Positions 61,079 to 64,000 of a DNA stretch of 64,000 bases are shown piece by piece. Numbering within the stretch: position 1 is the stretch's first letter; the number at the start of each line of letters is the position of its first letter. The position numbers were made by a program, and so were the translations under genes. Origin of the DNA: Gammaproteobacteria bacterium (GTDB lineage Bacteria; Pseudomonadota; Gammaproteobacteria; JBCCGL01); contig OZ255836.1 of NCBI GenBank assembly GCA_965277715.1, positions 2,624,001-2,688,000 on the forward strand, written 5' to 3'. Under the pieces are notes generated by a model. The model saw only the letters and a list, made by a program, of their open reading frames with translations. It ran no database searches and was not told the origin of the DNA.

Positions 61079-62296
61079 TTGGCAGCACTTGTTAACCCGC
61101 ACGGTGGTGGCTCACTAAAGCCGCTGCTACTCGAAGGCGAGGCCTTACTGGCCGAACAAAGCCGTGCGCAAAGCCTGCCTAAAGTCAGTGTTTCATCACG
61201 CGAAGCGGGCGATTTGATTATGCTCGGTATCGGCGGATTCACACCGCTGGATGGCTTTATGTCACACGCTGACTGGCGCGGTGTGTGCGACACCATGCAA
61301 ACCGAAAATGGCCTGTTCTGGCCAATCCCGATTACGCTCTCCACCGATGCCACGACAGCAGACGGTATTGAAACAGGTGGTGATATCGCCTTGCACGACG
61401 GTGAATCGGGTGCGCTTATTGCCACAATGCGCGTCGATGAAAAATACCGTATCGACAAGGCACACGAGTGCACCACCGTTTACAAGACCACCGACACCCA
61501 GCACCCCGGTGTGGCGATGGTCATGGCGCAGGGTGATATCAACCTTGCCGGGCCAGTCAGGGTGCTGTCACAGGGCGGGTTCCCGGAAACCTACGGCGCG
61601 CTATTCAAAACCCCAGCCGAGACCCGCGCCGAGTTTAGCCGCCAGGGCTGGAGCCGCATCGCTGCGTTTCAAACGCGCAACCCGATGCACCGGTCACACG
61701 AATACCTGGCCAAGGTGGCCATCGAAATCTGCGACGGTGTGTTAATTCACTCCCTGCTGGGCAAACTGAAAGCGGGGGATATTCCCGCCGATGTCCGCTC
61801 TGCATCAATCGCCACACTGTGTGAAAACTACTTTGTCGATAACACCGTGATGCAGGCGGGGTATCCGCTGGATATGCGCTACGCTGGCCCACGCGAAGCA
61901 CTGTTGCACGCACTGTTCCGGCAAAACTACGGTTGTTCGCACTTGATCGTCGGCCGCGATCACGCAGGGGTTGGCGATTACTACGGCCCATTTGATGCGC
62001 ACCATATCTTCGATGAAATTCCCGAAGGGGCACTGGAAACCCAGGCACTGCGTATCGACTGGACATTCTGGTGCTACCAGTGTGGTGGCATGGCATCCAT
62101 GAAAACCTGCCCACACGAAGCACAGGATCGCCTGCTGTTATCCGGCACAAAATTGCGCAAAATGCTGTCGGAGGGCGAAGACCCACCCGCCGAATTCAGC
62201 CGCCCCGAAGTCGTCGCTATTTTGCAAAAATACTACGCCAGCCTCAGCGCTGAAGAAAACGTCGAAGTGAAGCTGGCCGGTCACTCCGGTCAGTGA
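61079..62296 (+). CDS. sat: Sulfate adenylyltransferase (dissimilatory type)
   Basis: [38 protein letters not shown]; TTG start after GGAG. Confidence 0.96.
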   Translation: MAALVNPHGGGSLKPLLLEGEALLAEQSRAQSLPKVSVSSREAGDLIMLGIGGFTPLDGFMSHADWRGVCDTMQTENGLFWPIPITLSTDATTADGIETGGDIALHDGESGALIATMRVDEKYRIDKAHECTTVYKTTDTQHPGVAMVMAQGDINLAGPVRVLSQGGFPETYGALFKTPAETRAEFSRQGWSRIAAFQTRNPMHRSHEYLAKVAIEICDGVLIHSLLGKLKAGDIPADVRSASIATLCENYFVDNTVMQAGYPLDMRYAGPREALLHALFRQNYGCSHLIVGRDHAGVGDYYGPFDAHHIFDEIPEGALETQALRIDWTFWCYQCGGMASMKTCPHEAQDRLLLSGTKLRKMLSEGEDPPAEFSRPEVVAILQKYYASLSAEENVEVKLAGHSGQ

Positions 62297-62351
62297 GTCA
62301 CCCCCATAAACCAATCAATCAATAAACCAACACAACACTGGGAGAACGCTA

Positions 62352-62819
62352 ATGCCAACATTTGTTCGCACCGAGAAGTGCGATGGCTGTAAAGGCCAGG
62401 ATAAAACAGCGTGCATGTATATATGCCCGCACGATTTAATGAAACTGGATAAAGACGGTAGCGAAACCGGCCATGCCATGAAAGCCTGGAACCAGGAACC
62501 TGAGCAGTGCTGGGAGTGTTACTCCTGCGTCAAGATCTGCCCACAAAATGCCATCGAAGTGCGCCACTACGCCGACATTGTACCGCTGGGCGGTTCAGTG
62601 CAGCCACTGCGCGGCACCGATTCGATTATGTGGACAATCAAATTCCGTAACGGCGGTATGAAACGCTTCAAATTCCCCATTCGCACCACCCCTGAAGGTT
62701 CGATTGATCCCTACGCCGGTAAAGCTGAGGCAGACCATGCCAACATCGAGCAACCGGGTTTCTTCACACAAGAAAACGGCTTTCGTGCGGGTGATCGCAG
62801 CGAATTGCTGCACTTATAA
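62352..62819 (+). CDS. aprB: Adenylylsulfate reductase beta subunit
   Basis: MPTFV...CDGC...CMYICP, CWECYSCVKICP, FKFPIRTTPEG. Confidence 0.97.
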   Translation: MPTFVRTEKCDGCKGQDKTACMYICPHDLMKLDKDGSETGHAMKAWNQEPEQCWECYSCVKICPQNAIEVRHYADIVPLGGSVQPLRGTDSIMWTIKFRNGGMKRFKFPIRTTPEGSIDPYAGKAEADHANIEQPGFFTQENGFRAGDRSELLHL

Positions 62820-62830
62820 GGAGCGCAATC

Positions 62831-64000
62831 ATGGCTGGAGAATTTGGTAATCCTGAAGTTATCGAAGAAGAAGTCGATATTCTTCTTATCGGCGGTGGTA
62901 TGGCCTGCTGTGGCGCTGCATTTGAAGTTATGCGCTGGGCCGAAGGCACCGGGCTGAAAATCAAGCTGGTTGATAAAGCGGCGATGGACCGCTCGGGTGC
63001 AGTTGCCCAGGGTCTTTCCGCAATCAACACCTACATCGGCCCGGATCGCGATCCTGCCGATTATGCGCGCATGGTCTCCAATGACCTGATGGGCATCACC
63101 CGTGACGATCTGGCCTACGACCTGGGCCGCCACGTCGACGAATCGGTACACCTGTTTGAGGAATGGGGCCTGCCAATCTGGAAACTGGACGAAAACGGTG
63201 AACGCCACGACGGCTCGAAAGGCTTAACCCCGCTTAAAGACGGCGGCAAACCTGTACGTTCCGGTAAATGGCAAATCATGATTAACGGTGAATCCTACAA
63301 ATGGATCGTCGCCGAGGCGGCCAAGAAAGCGCTGGGTGTAGAGAACATCCAGGAGCGTATCTTTATCGTCAAACTGGTCAACGATAAAAACGACAAAAAC
63401 CGCATTGCCGGTGCCGTTGGTTTCTCAACCCGTGAAAACCAGGTCGTTGTCTATAAGTTCAAAGCCTGCCTGCTGGCTGCCGGTGGTTGTGTCAACATCT
63501 TCCGCCCACGCTCGGTTGGTGAGGGCACTGGCCGTGCCTGGTACCCCGTATGGAACGCTGGCTCCACCTACGCGATGGCCGCTGAAGCCGGTGCTGAGCT
63601 AACCATGATGGAAAACCGCTTCGTACCCACCCGTTTTAAAGACGGCTACGGCCCGGTAGGTGCCTGGTTTCTGTTGTTCAAAGCCAAGGCGACCAACGCC
63701 TATGGTGAAAACTACATGGTACGCAACAAAGAAATGCTGGACGACTACCCGCCCTATGGGCAGGCAGCCGTACCGGCTTCATGCCTGCGCAACCACTTGA
63801 TGCTCAAAGAGATGAAAGAAGGCCGTGGCCCTATCTATATGGATACCGTCACCGCACTGGCCGACCTGCGCGCTACGCTTAGCCCGCGTGAAGTCAAGCA
63901 CCTTGAGGCGGAGGCCTGGGAAGATTTTCTCGATATGTGTATCGGTCAGTGTGGTATCTGGGTAGGTGAAAACATCGAGCCGGAGAAGAAAAACTCTGAG
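62831..64000 (+). CDS. aprA: Adenylylsulfate reductase alpha subunit (runs off window)
   Basis: Manual translation MAGEFGNPEVIEEEVDILLIGGGMACCG...RSGAVAQGLSAINTY...WQIMINGESYK...FKDGYGPVGAWF. Confidence 0.97.
   Translation, partial: MAGEFGNPEVIEEEVDILLIGGGMACCGAAFEVMRWAEGTGLKIKLVDKAAMDRSGAVAQGLSAINTYIGPDRDPADYARMVSNDLMGITRDDLAYDLGRHVDESVHLFEEWGLPIWKLDENGERHDGSKGLTPLKDGGKPVRSGKWQIMINGESYKWIVAEAAKKALGVENIQERIFIVKLVNDKNDKNRIAGAVGFSTRENQVVVYKFKACLLAAGGCVNIFRPRSVGEGTGRAWYPVWNAGSTYAMAAEAGAELTMMENRFVPTRFKDGYGPVGAWFLLFKAKATNAYGENYMVRNKEMLDDYPPYGQAAVPASCLRNHLMLKEMKEGRGPIYMDTVTALADLRATLSPREVKHLEAEAWEDFLDMCIGQCGIWVGENIEPEKKNSE

Overview
Chromosomal window from a sulfur-oxidizing gammaproteobacterium (inferred from ftsYEX-rpoH, soxR and a sat-aprB-aprA operon with no aprM). 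The left half (~2.3-32.5 kb) is an AT-richer accessory island. It is bracketed by a 34-bp direct repeat that corresponds to the 5' end of a DUF488 gene, and it carries extra partial copies of the neighbouring flavin oxidoreductase 3' end. The island contains toxin-antitoxin and defence-like genes, a zrg-type metal ABC operon, and a three-gene MNT-HEPN / LRR-less Roc-COR GTPase / AlbA_2-ATPase cluster. It also holds a complete integron (intI, attI, five clear attC sites, six cassettes, two of them IS-interrupted). The first cassette encodes a BesD/HalD-type amino-acid halogenase plus an EamA exporter. Also in the island are three relics of a second integron platform, IS4, ISL3 and IS91 pieces, nested MITEs, and two near-identical Y1 (RAYT-like) transposase elements with terminal inverted repeats. 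The right half is mostly core genome, with a perfect CIRCE before rpoH, a SoxR-type promoter driving a Rieske protein, hipBA and small IS1380-like MITEs. All product calls come from motif recognition by eye; no database searches were run.
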